From positions 48,058,584-48,122,583 of the forward strand of contig NC_068988.1 of assembly GCF_001194135.2 (NCBI RefSeq): DNA of 64,000 nt, given 5' to 3'. The stretch is from Octopus bimaculoides. Its lineage: Eukaryota. Position 1 is the stretch's first letter, and each line of letters opens with the position of its first letter. The notes below the pieces were generated by a model that saw only the letters and a list, made by a program, of their open reading frames with translations, was not told the origin of the DNA and did no database searches. Below are positions 11,965 to 22,865 of the stretch, in pieces. The position numbers and the translations under genes were made by a program.

Positions 11965-12075
11965 TACTTTATTTAAAAGCAGCAAAAATATCACAAAAAA
12001 TGTTACTCAAAGTTTTATGTTCCCATATGTTGGACAGTTTTGTTTAGAATGGAACAAAAATAAGGTTATATGTAT
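11965..12075 (-). mobile_element. PLE terminal-repeat fragment with decayed hammerhead
   Basis: Reverse complement aligns to 14325-14435. The core reads CCAACAT-ATG-GGAA-CAT-AAAA-CTTTGAG-TA, against CTGATGA-ACG-GGAA-CGT-GAAA-CTCTGAG-TA in the intact copy. Confidence 0.6.
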
Positions 12076-12924
12076 AAATACACAATTAGTTTGATAGATA
12101 CACATCTGAAAATAGTTTTGCTTCATTGGTCTTTCAACTAACAGTCTTTTCAATAACCAGCTGCATGAAATAACAAGTTGCAGTTTAAAATCATATAAAA
12201 ATCGAAGAAACCTTAAAGCAAAAATAGCTTATAAAGAAGGACAATGCCTGAATACCCATTGTAAATAAGTAGCTGTAAAATATTAATAAATTAATAAATT
12301 AAGAGATATATCCATTGAAAAATTTTTCACACTAGATTACATATACATTTAGTTGTATATACACATAACAAACAACCCATAATATATATATATATATATA
12401 CATACACTAAACATACAGACACAGGTACACAGCTACATACATATACAGACATATATAGGCAAGACAAATATATACAAATGCATATATATATGTATGCATG
12501 CACACATACACAAGTGCACAAAATCTCTTGGTGTATGCTTATACAAGTTAGTTGTTACAGGCGAAAGAAAGAGCAGGAAAAAAATCAGATAATAATAAGT
12601 GGGGAGGAGGGAGAAAGGAAACAGTGGAAAAGAAGAAAAAAAATAAAAGAAAGAGAAACAGAAAATTAGAGAGAGAAAAGGAAAAAATAGATAAGGGTAG
12701 AAAGCAATGTTCGAAAAGTATCTAAAGAAGGTTAGATACTTCATTTAGTTTGCGAAATGAACACATATAATAATGCACACATAAAATTGCATGTATATCT
12801 AAATAAATGCAAACATACATACAAATACACACACATATAGATATGCAAACAAATATACAAAAAATATGTACGCAAATACATGCCCGCATATATAAAAGTA
12901 TAGGCACATATACATACACATATA

Positions 12925-13017
<93 letters not shown>

Positions 13018-13208
13018 ATATGTGTATACACACAAACATACATATACATACACATACCTACAATACATACATACACAAAAAAATATATAGAGATATATCT
13101 TCACATCAAGATAGATATATACAACATAATGTATATATGCAAACAATTTAAAAAAAAGACTGTCTGGTGTATATAATATTAAAATGTTAANNNNNNNNNN
13201 ATGCATTT

Positions 13209-13301
13209 AAGTTTATTTCTATTCTTATTATTTACTCATGCATTTAATTTGATATCATATAATTAAATGCATGAGTAAATAATAAGAATAGAAATAAACT
13301 T
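13209..13301. repeat. Perfect 41-bp inverted repeat, 11-nt spacer
   Basis: 13209-13249 is the exact reverse complement of 13261-13301; it abuts a 10-N gap. Confidence 0.9.
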
Positions 13302-14300
13302 TGGTGAAGCTTAAGCTTCTATATTTGTAAAACAGTCGAAAGCTTTCTTAAAAGTGAAGTCGAAATATGCACTAGCAATGTAATGCAAAGTAACTACAAC
13401 ATGTAAGGTCAAATTCAAATGCGACAGTCAAACATTTTCCCAAAGTCAAAACATTTTACCCATACAGGATTTTATTGGTTGATTTTATTAATTTCAAACC
13501 TTGCAGCATGCCTGCAGGAATTTAAGAGCTCATGTCTCTGGATCAAAGCATGTTAATCCCGGAACAGGATGAAGAACTTTTCTAAGAGGCAAAGATTTCA
13601 TTTCATAAGTCTTTTATAAGCTCCATGTCTGTATGATGATACTTATCTAGAATTTGCCAAGTTACATTGAAAGGATGAGTGCCATTCTCTTTCAATTCCT
13701 GGACATGCTTTGCAAGATTAGTTGCTGTCCTATTCTCGAGATATCAGAAAGAATTTCGGTGGGAATAGAATTGAGTCTTTAATGAATTTTCTGAAGCCCC
13801 TGTGTATGTTTTATAGTCTTGTGAGCCATCCACTTGCACTTTGGCTCTATAAACAATTCCTTTTTCAAGACATTTATCCTCCAACAGACAGCAAGTCTTA
13901 TCTTTGAAGTTGCAGTTCCTCAGATTACATTTAGCATTGTAGTTGTTTGCAATAATTTTCGTGTTATGCTGGTTACTAAAAGAGGTGAAGTTTTTGCAAC
14001 AAAAAAAAAGCCAGCCTTCAGTTTTCTCCTATTAAATATTCTATAGAACTTATGGCTAGATTGAAAATGTCTAGAAACTAGTTTTAAGAATTCTCTGCCT
14101 ATATTAGTCTTTACGGCAATATTAAATGGGGGTTTAAACCACAAAACTTTCCTAGTTCTAGTTCTACGTGGTCTATTATTGTTAGAATTAACTTGACTAT
14201 ACTGGATCTTCTCCAAGAATCCACTTTTCCTTAATGCATTATTGTAATATGGCACAGCGTTTTGAAATGCTGTCTCATCAGAAGAAATTGATGATATTTG
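13300..14300 (-). mobile_element. Penelope-like element, 5'-truncated (RT thumb/linker + GIY-YIG endonuclease, pseudogenised) with 3' UTR
   Basis: SSDETAFQNAVPYYNNALRKSGF..RKVLWFKPPFNIAVKTNIGREFLKLVSRHF..KFYRIFNRR; CNFKDKTCCLLEDKCLEK; GIVY (13849-13860) x14 YTG (13798-13806); ELLNSCRHAARF, stop at 13472. Confidence 0.9.
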
Positions 14301-14309
14301 CCTTAGTTA

Positions 14310-14460
14310 GTAATGTTTGTACATATAACCTTATTTTTGTTCCATTCTAAACAAAAACTGTCTGATGAACGGGAACGTGAAACTCTGAGTAACAGTTTTT
14401 GTGATAGTTTTGCTGCTTTTTAATAAAGCATATCACTCTACCTCTGGTATTCGAGTACTA
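14310..14460 (+). mobile_element. Inverted PLE terminal repeat (pLTR tail) at the 5' truncation point
   Basis: Contains a hammerhead followed by AATAAA (~14422) and is opposite in orientation to the adjacent PLE ORF. An inverted tail is a known PLE architecture. Confidence 0.65.
14351..14402 (+). ncRNA. Type I hammerhead ribozyme, canonical core
   Basis: ACAAAAACTGT|CTGATGA|ACG-GGAA-CGT|GAAA|CTC-T-GAG|TA|ACAGTTTTTGT. Stem I is a perfect 11 bp; the GUA triplet predicts cleavage after A14391. Confidence 0.85.
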
Positions 14461-14576
14461 TTTCTTTCTGCCTTGTTTCACATTTATGTGCTTACTCTGG
14501 CATATATATATATATATATATATATANNNNNNNNNNNNNNNNNNNNNNNNNNNNNNNNNNGTGTGTGTATGTATGT

Positions 14577-14693
14577 AGATGGCTGCACTAGATTCGAGGA
14601 GCCTGGTGCAGCCATCTGGCTCCCCAGTCTCAGACAAACCGTACAATGCATGCCAGCATGGAAAGCAGACGTTAAGTGATGATGATGATGATA
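14577..14693 (+). mobile_element. RTE 3' tail fragment
   Basis: catgccagcatggaaagcagacgttaagtgatgatgatg terminus. Confidence 0.6.
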
Positions 14694-14696
14694 GGC

Positions 14697-14746
<50 letters not shown>

Positions 14747-14762
14747 ATACTTTTTATAAACA

Positions 14763-15090
14763 ACTTTCAATCGTTGGGCCTCATGGAAGCAATGACAAAT
14801 GACCAAGACCTTTGGCTATATGCCATGCTTGAGAAAACCTATCAAGCCAAATGAAATTGTAGTTGTGACAGATACTGGTTTCACACAACTGGTACCCATG
14901 CTGGTGCCATGTGAAAGCACCCATTATACTCTTGGAGTGATTGGTGTTAGGAAGGGCATCTGGCCATAGAAACTATGCCAAATCAGACTGGTGTCTGATG
15001 TAGTCCCTCAGCTTATCAATTCTAGTCAAATCGTCAAACCCATGCTAGCATGGCCAACAGACGTTAAATAATGATGATGATGATGATGAT
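14763..15090 (+). mobile_element. RTE LINE, 5'-truncated 3' end
   Basis: ORF end SLGLMEAMTNDQDLWLYAMLEKTYQAK*, then 3' UTR ending acgttaaataatgatgatgat. Confidence 0.8.
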
Positions 15091-15099
15091 ATTTGATGG

Positions 15100-15186
15100 A
15101 ATTCTTCCAGTTTCCATCTACCAAATCCAGTCACATGGCTTTGGTTGGCTCGAGGCTACTGTAGAAGACACCTGCTCAAGATGCCA
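15100..15186 (-). mobile_element. SINE family A core fragment
   Basis: cagtttccatctaccaaatcc...gaggctactgtagaagacacctgctcaagatgcca. Confidence 0.5.
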
Positions 15187-17087
15187 GATTATTTATAAGC
15201 CAGGGTCTAATATTATTTTATGAAAATTTCTTGAATCACTACCTTAAGAATGCCAACACCTGCTTCACTATTAGCATTGTTGTTAAATATGTTACCTCTA
15301 ATTTACCATCTAATTTACTTATAATAAATGTCTACTAAGACAGTATGAAGCTGCAGGTGCAAAGACAAACAGATGAAGAGGAGAGTAAAAAGAAACTTGG
15401 ATGACCAGAAGAAAGAGAGAAAAATGGAGCATATATAGAAGGAAAGGTCAAGTCACATCTATAATTGACCTTCAGATCAGTTACGTTGTGAATCTTATCT
15501 ATAATTTCCACTGGACCATATAAAGAGGTCATGATTTTTCAGTTAATTGGCTGATCACAAAAATTCTCTGCCTCCTCTCACAGTTTAATAAACTCACCTT
15601 CTTCAGGTAAATGAGAATCTCTTGTTTTACCCAAATATAAAATGGTGTGGAGATATGAGAAACATACTTTTGATCCTAAGGTAAAATGAAATTTTCGCAG
15701 AAGGGCATTCACACTGGGAAGCAGATTAGTTGTGATCCAATATGTAGGAAATATAATTGAGATACTCTCTTCAATTTACACTGGTTTTAATTACAGCTCA
15801 CTCCAACTACAATAGACCTTGCTTATCTAATATAATACATTTTCCCAAAGCAGCCATGTATCACCTAGAATTAATGGGATCTTTTATAATGAAAGGGTTA
15901 CTATTATTTCAAAGTCAACTGTTGCAAATGTTTGTCTTTGAGTACCGAGATGAAAACATGCTCTCACCTCACTTATTAACTGAGTTTAGATTGGTGATAA
16001 AGTTTTATTAGTGAACTTCTGAAAGAGAGAAATCATATGCATTGAGAACGTGATGGAGTGATCCAGATGAGAATACAATACGTTAAATTGAGAATTAAGC
16101 ATCTACCGATATACAACATGGAAATAAAATAAATATACAAATGAAAAAGGTGAGAGAAGGAAAGAGAGTGAGAGTGAGAGAGAGAGGAAAGCAAAGACAT
16201 TCAACTTCAGTGCCGTGTTGTTAATTTTATGGCAGAGCTTAACTATAATTACTAAGTAAGTAACATTATACCGATAGACACTAGTTTGAAGCAGCCGATA
16301 ATCTATTACAAGAGCAAGTGGTGACTGCAAGATAAGGTGAAATTGATAATAGTAAATATTTATTTCAAAACCTATATATGAAAAAAAAAACATTAATATA
16401 AAAAAAAGAGAAAATAAAGAAAAATAAATATGTAAAACGCACATGAAGCAGGAAAAAAAAAATGCTTAAAAATAATCAATACAAATAATGAATAATGAAT
16501 CTATATTGGTACCTTTTAGAATATCTGTGATTTTATTTATGCTAAATAAGCCATAGATATTTCAGTTGATTTCTAACAACTTACTTGATGCAGATATCAG
16601 TGTATAGAATCATTTATATACGTATAATAGTATACTTATTCTGAGGTCAGATTTTAAGTTAACCTTCAAAGACTAGCAAACTTAGCATTGATGCTTTATC
16701 TCTAGTGCCTGATTTTACTCTCAATACTGACAAAGATAAGATCTCATTTGCACAGTTTTATATAATATGTGTAGTCCTTCTTAATATATGTTAAAGTGTC
16801 TCTAAATATAATAAAAACATGTTGCTGATATATTAACAAATCTCTACCATTAGATTGCAGACTGTAACTTTTCTTTTGTTTGTTAGGGTTAGCTTTTTCT
16901 GAACAATAACCCAAGCAGACCTCTTTTTCTATGCTTTAGTCAAGCGAGGAGAGGCAGCATCTATGACCTTTATTACTGTTTGTGAGGTAATGATAAAGGG
17001 TTTGGTTGCAAGCATCTACACATTTGAGACCTGGTTTGAATGCTTGCTAAAGTTTAACACCATCACCTACTCTATCACTGTCCAGTT

Positions 17088-17284
17088 TAAGGTGGCAAGC
17101 TTGCGGAATCATTAACTTTGTGGAATTTTGTCGCAAAATTCTGAGTTCAAATTCTGCCAAAGTTGACTTTGACTTTCATCCTTATGGGACCAATAAAATA
17201 AATTCCAGTTGAGTATAAGTGTCAATGTAATCGATTTACTACCCTCCCTCAAAATTGCTAGCATTGTGTGAAAATTTGAGTCCA
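17088..17284 (+). mobile_element. SINE family C (Nin/Deu-like central domain, from recall)
   Basis: ttctgagttcaaattctgcc B-box, then gttgactttgactttcatccttatgggaccaataaaataa..ccagttgag, tail aaaatttgagtcca. Confidence 0.65.
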
Positions 17285-17877
17285 GTTTAGCACCACCACC
17301 TAATCCATGCATGTCAAAGACACTCATGGGTGTTAAATCAGACAACAAACTAAGTTTACTACTTCTGCAAAAGGGTCAGTTTCTCTGACTGATTTCCACA
17401 CAATTTCCGCCTCATAATTCCATTCATATGACTTTGGAGGATATTTTTGAAGACAGGTGCTGCTTAGTGAGATTGAAAACAAAGCAATACAGTTGTGTAA
17501 TGAACAAATCAGCAACACAGCCAGTTATTTTATGTTAGTGTTGTTGTCTTGTTATTTTGTGGTTCTGTTGGTGCTGTAGTTGTGCTCTGTTTGTAGTTGT
17601 ACTATGGTTGTGTTATTGCTTGCATTCTGGCTGTGTTTTGCTTGTGGTTGTCTTAAGGTTTTGTTAATGTTTTGATTAAGCTGCAATTGGGTTAGTGTTG
17701 TAGTTGTCCTGATGTTGGGGTTGTGTTTGAGCTGTAGTAGTTTATACAGTGCTAGTGTTGGCCTTGTGGTTGTCATTCTCTCATAATTGTCTTTGTGTCA
17801 TGGTTGTATTGTGTAAGGTGTTTCCGGTTGTATAAAAGTACTCAACAGCATGTTGATTAGTTCCAGATGAACTACTA

Positions 17878-18118
17878 AGCTTGGATCAGTAGTTAGGGTG
17901 TTGAACTCATGATTGTAAGATTGCGGTTTTGATTCCTGGACCAAGCGACAAGTTGTATACTTGCACAAACCTCTTCATTTCATGTTGCTCCAGTCCATTC
18001 AGCTGTCAAAAGTGAGTAATCGTCTGAAGGATTGGTGTCCCATCCTGGTTGTACATATATATACCACAGAAACTGGGAAATTGGCTCTATGAGTCTATAT
18101 GATTCAGGAATACTCTTT
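17878..18118 (+). mobile_element. tRNA-derived SINE (shared core, distinct tail)
   Basis: ttggatcagtagttagggtg A-box, ggttttgattcc B-box, core atttcatgttgctccagtccattcagctg. Confidence 0.6.
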
Positions 18119-18265
18119 ATTCTGTTTTACTTTTAATATCTATTAGCTATATAGTTACAGATATTAGCTTCTTTTAAATTATAGAATGAGATTTAAAAGA
18201 AAATTGTTTGTTATTTCTAACATATTAATGACCTCATATCAGCATCCTCATAGAAGTGGAGCAAA

Positions 18266-18592
18266 GGTGCATGGTTCAGTGGCTAGAGTGTTGAGTTCAC
18301 ATTCATCATGTAATGAGTTCAATTCCCAGATCGGGTTATGTGTTGTGTTCTTGTGCAAGACACATTATTTCACATTGCTCCAGTTTGTTCAGCTGTAGAA
18401 ATGAGTTGTGACATCACTGGTGCCAAGCTGTATCAGTCTTTGCCTTGCCTTTGGCTAACATCAGTGGCATGGAGAGAAAAGACTAGTATGCATAGGCAAC
18501 TGCTGGTCTTCCATAAAACAACCTTGCCTGGACTTGTACCTCAGAGAGTAACTTTCTAGGTGTAATCCAATAATCACTCATGACTAAAGGAG
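18266..18592 (+). mobile_element. tRNA-derived SINE (shared core, another tail)
   Basis: atggttcagtggctagag A-box, gagttcaattcc B-box, core atttcacattgctccagtttgttcagctg. Confidence 0.65.
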
Positions 18593-19097
18593 ATTGTTAC
18601 CTAAGCAGTACAAAATTGAACAATTCTCAAATGGTTCATTAGCATTGTGTTGAATTCAGTTTCTCTACCCATAACTCTAGAAAAGTCACTCCAGTACCTA
18701 ACTTTTCATGGTTGCTCACCCAACTAGAAATAGCAACCAGATCCCACTCAAATTACATTCAGTCCTCTAATACTGTTCCCATATTCAAAGGAGCTAATAA
18801 GAAAGGACACTTTGGACGACATTGTCACTGATATATAAAATAGACAGGGAAGTCATGGCTCAGTTGCCTTTGATCAAAGGTTGGTTATGTCTGGAGTTCA
18901 TCCATACATTGGTTCAGTCTTCATTGATATTTGGACTTAAACACTGACTCTGATTACAGGTAAAACTTGATGGCTGATACATGTAGGCTGCATGCAGTGG
19001 CTGTCATGTTGCCTACATGTGATGGCTGGCATGGAGGCTACATATATGGCTGCTATGCAGGTTACATATAATGGCTGATAATAAAATACATATCATA

Positions 19098-19264
19098 GGT
19101 GCAAACGTGGTTGTGTGGTAAGAAGTTTACGACATCATTCCAGGTTCAGTCCCACTGTGTGACACTTAGGCAAGTGCCTTCTACTATAGGTTTGTGAGTG
19201 GATTTGTTAGATGGAAACTGAAAGAAGCCTATCATATGTGTGTGTGTGCATGCATGTGTGTGTG

Positions 19265-19311
<47 letters not shown>

Positions 19312-19797
19312 NNNNNNNNNNNNNNNNNNNNNNNNNNNNNNNNNNNNNNNNNNNNNNNNNNNNNNNNNNNNNNNNNNNNNNNNNNNNNNNNNNNNNNNNN
19401 NNNNNNNNNNNNNNNNNNNNNNNNNNNNNNNNNNNNNNNNNNNNNNNNNNNNNNNNNNNNNNNNNNNNNNNNNNNNNNNNNNNNNNNNNNNNNNNNNNNN
19501 NNNNNNNNNNNNNNNNNNNNNNNNNNNNNNNNNNNNNNNNNNNNNNNNNNNNNNNNNNNNNNNNNNNNNNNNNNNNNNNNNNNNNNNNNNNNNNNNNNNN
19601 NNNNNNNNNNNNNNNNNNNNNNNNNNNNNNNNNNNNNNNNNNNNNNNNNNNNNNNNNNNNNNNNNNNNNNNNNNNNNNNNNNNNNNNNNNNNNNNNNNNN
19701 NNNNNNNNNNNNNNNNNNNNNNNNNNNNNNNNNNNNNNNNNNNNNNNNNNNNNNNNNNNNNNNNNNNNNNNNNNNNNNNNNNNNNNNNNNNNNNNNN

Positions 19798-19830
<33 letters not shown>

Positions 19831-20063
19831 TGTGTGTCTTTGTGTCTGTATTTGTCTCCCTATCTCCACTTGACAATTGGTGTTGGTGTGTTTACAACCC
19901 TGTAACTTAGCGGTTCAGCAAAAGGGTTGGTAGAATAAGTATCAGGCTTTAAAAAGAAAATAAATAAGAACTGGGATCAATTCATTTGACCAAAAAGAAT
20001 TCAAGGAAGTACCCCAGCATGGCCACTGTCTAATGACTGAGGCAAATAAGAGAGGTAAAAGAA
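19098..20063 (+). mobile_element. SINE family A spanning an assembly gap in its internal microsatellite
   Basis: Head and core at 19098-19235; 3' half at 19830-20063 ending ccagcatggccactgtctaatgactgaggcaaataagagaggtaaaag. Confidence 0.7.
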
Positions 20064-22269
20064 TTAGTTGATAAACAGACCACATTTGATGGCTAGCTTA
20101 CAGAATAAATTTGATATTTGATATATGGGCAACTTATGATGACTGGTATACAAAGAGCAAATGATGGTCAATTTAGAGACCACATATGATGGTTAGTACA
20201 CAGACAATTTTTGATATTAGGTATGTAGGCCACATGTGATGGTTGGTATATGTATGTGTATATGTGTAACAGTCTATTACATGTTAAAGTGCAATCTGCA
20301 AGCTCATTCATCGGAGAAACATCTTTGATTGGTACTCACTACAAGTAGTAGTAGTAGGTCTTATGAGGTTTTTGGCTGCTATTCTTTGCTAGTTAAACAA
20401 CTGCATAGACGCTCCTCATTGGTTTCCTTGTCAGTCTTATGGCGTGGTAGTTGGTGTGGTTGATGTTGGTGTTTGTGTTTGATGATCTCATTTGTTGATG
20501 TTGCTATTGGAGTTGGTGCTGCAGTTGGTCAGATATGGAACGAATGTTGGTAATGGTAGTGATTGTGGCCATGGTGATGTTTTTAATACCTTGAGAGACA
20601 TGGATGAAAGGAAAGAAGCCAGAGAGACAAATAGACCAAGTGAGTTAGAGAGAGAGAGAGAAAATGAGATGGTGTGTGAAAGAAGGTGAAATAAAAGAGT
20701 TTCATGACAATAGCTTAAATGGAAGAGTTTAACATTACTATTATGTTTGGGTTAGAGAGGGAGAGAGAGAGAGAGAGAGAAAAGAGGAAAGCAAGGGGCA
20801 GAGAGAGAGAGAACTTCATTACAATGGCTTAAATGGAATAGTTTAACATTAAGTTTAGGCGGGAGAGACAAAAGTGGGAGAGAAAGTGGAAAGAGAGAAT
20901 GAGGGAGAAAGAGAGAGAGAGTGAAAAACGGGTAGAAGATAGGAGAGCAACAAAGGGGAGAGAAAGAGGGGGAAATGAGAGAGTTTCATGACAATAGTTT
21001 AAGTGAAATAGTTTAAGCCTTAGATTAAGGGTGAAGTGAGAAAGGTGGGAAACGAAGGTAAGAAGATAAGAGAGAAGGTAAGAGAGAGATCAAGAAAGAA
21101 AGCTGGCAAAAGAGGAAGTGGGAGAGAGAGAGAAAGAGAGAGAGAGAGCAAGAAAGAGAGAAGATGTAAGAATGAAAGAGAAAGAGACTGGGAGAGAATG
21201 TTGCTTGCTTGAGACAATTTCCAAAGACTAATAAAGCATTGTTATTGAATTACGCTGGAATAATCTAATTCCTTGACAGTTGCGAGTGCATTCAGAGAAT
21301 TAATTTAACAGTGAACAAATAAAATAGTCGTGTGCAAGAACATCCTGTTGGCAACACACGTTGGAATAAGTCAAAGAAAGCAATGAAGAAAGTTCTTTTT
21401 AAATGTAATAAACAGTGCTATGATTGATGTAATATTTCTTTGAAAAATGATCATTTTGAAGAAAACAAACAAAAAACACAAAAAATACGAAAGATGAAAG
21501 GAAAAAAAACAAGAAAAAGTATTTGCATTTTGATTTTGGGAGAAAGAATTAGTGTTTGAAGTTAAAGCTGTTTTATTTATTTATTAGTTTGTTTTTTTTT
21601 TAGTTTTTATGTGTATGTGTGTGTGTGTGTGTTCTATTGCAGTGTGGCAGAATTGGTAAAAACATATTGACAGACTAAGCATATTTCAGTATTTGGTGGG
21701 TCCCATCTAATCTAGATTTTGAGTTCAAATAAAATATGGATTAAGCCTACCTTTTATCTTTCAAGCAATGATAGAGAAAAAAAACAAAAAAACATAGATA
21801 CAATTTAAAATGAAATAAGCCAAGGAACATAATTCAAATAAGCCTATAGCATGAACTTGGATAATCAAATTAAAAGGATGATATATTGAAGGCTGCAGAG
21901 AGAAATTTTTTAATTAATGTAATTTCCCTATTAGATGGAGAAAGAAACTAAAAACCTAGAGGCAATTCTTAATGAATTTTTAAGGAAAAAGAGAAATCAT
22001 TTCAACAGGTACCAGTCATGTACTGAGGTTGATTTAACAGACAAGACTAGACACCTTTACTACAACATTTATGTCATTGTTGTTGTTGTTGTTGCTATGC
22101 TTGTCTAGCCTCTCACCTCACAGGTAAGCTTTGACTATCTCACCTTTTATATCTCAATCATAGAGCATCTTGAACTGTGTTTTTCCTTTTCTCTTTCCTT
22201 TTTTTTTACCTTTAAGATAGTAGGGTTTGAGTTGAAGTTGGTGATATGGAAAAACCTATTCAATCATTG

Positions 22270-22345
22270 AATTCAATGCATTGTAGTATTTGTTCTGACC
22301 CTCTCTGAGTTCAAATCCTGTCAAGGTCAACTTTGCATTTCATTC
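22270..22345 (+). mobile_element. SINE family C fragment
   Basis: ctctgagttcaaatcctgtcaaggtcaactttgcatttcattc. Confidence 0.4.
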
Positions 22346-22805
22346 TTTATAAGAAGAAAAAAATCTGGGTCTGTGAATTAGTGGAACTGTTAGAGGGATC
22401 AGGCAAAATGCCTTTCAGCATCTGTCCTGACTCATTCTTTTCTGACAGTAATGTCTATCACAATACTGTTATTACACTGTGCCAACCCAAGTTGGTGGTC
22501 ATTCCTTTAATAAACATTAGTGGCAAGGAGGGAGGAGATCTGCATAGACTGGTATGCAAATCTACCCTAGCTTCCTATAATAAATTGTGATTTGAGAGAG
22601 ATTTGACTGATATACCTTGAAAGTGGAGTAGCTTATAAAGGATCATTGTGAAAAATACTGATCAATAAGACTGTGAACTTGCTGAAATGTTAGAGAGCCA
22701 CAAAATTGCTTCTGAGTTTCATCTCTCTGCATTCTGACTATGCATTCTGCAAACTTAGATAATGTTCATACTCTGATTTCTAAATTTTCCATAATATGGA
22801 TATAC

Positions 22806-22865
22806 ATTGGATTGTCCGGAAAGTTTGTGCCGATTTAGAGTAGCTTACCTTTCGACTTATTTTAG
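22806..22865. mobile_element. Possible mariner terminal inverted repeat running into a gap
   Basis: cattggattgtccggaaagtttgtgccgattt resembles mariner TIRs (from recall); the partner end is not visible. Confidence 0.3.

Noticed and set aside
22115-22130. Strong CAG|gtaagc donor with a 15-bp micro-exon
   Set aside because: Lies within a decayed dispersed repeat end (gttgttgt...tagcc..caggtcagc-like, related to 55785-55880 and 60000-60070).
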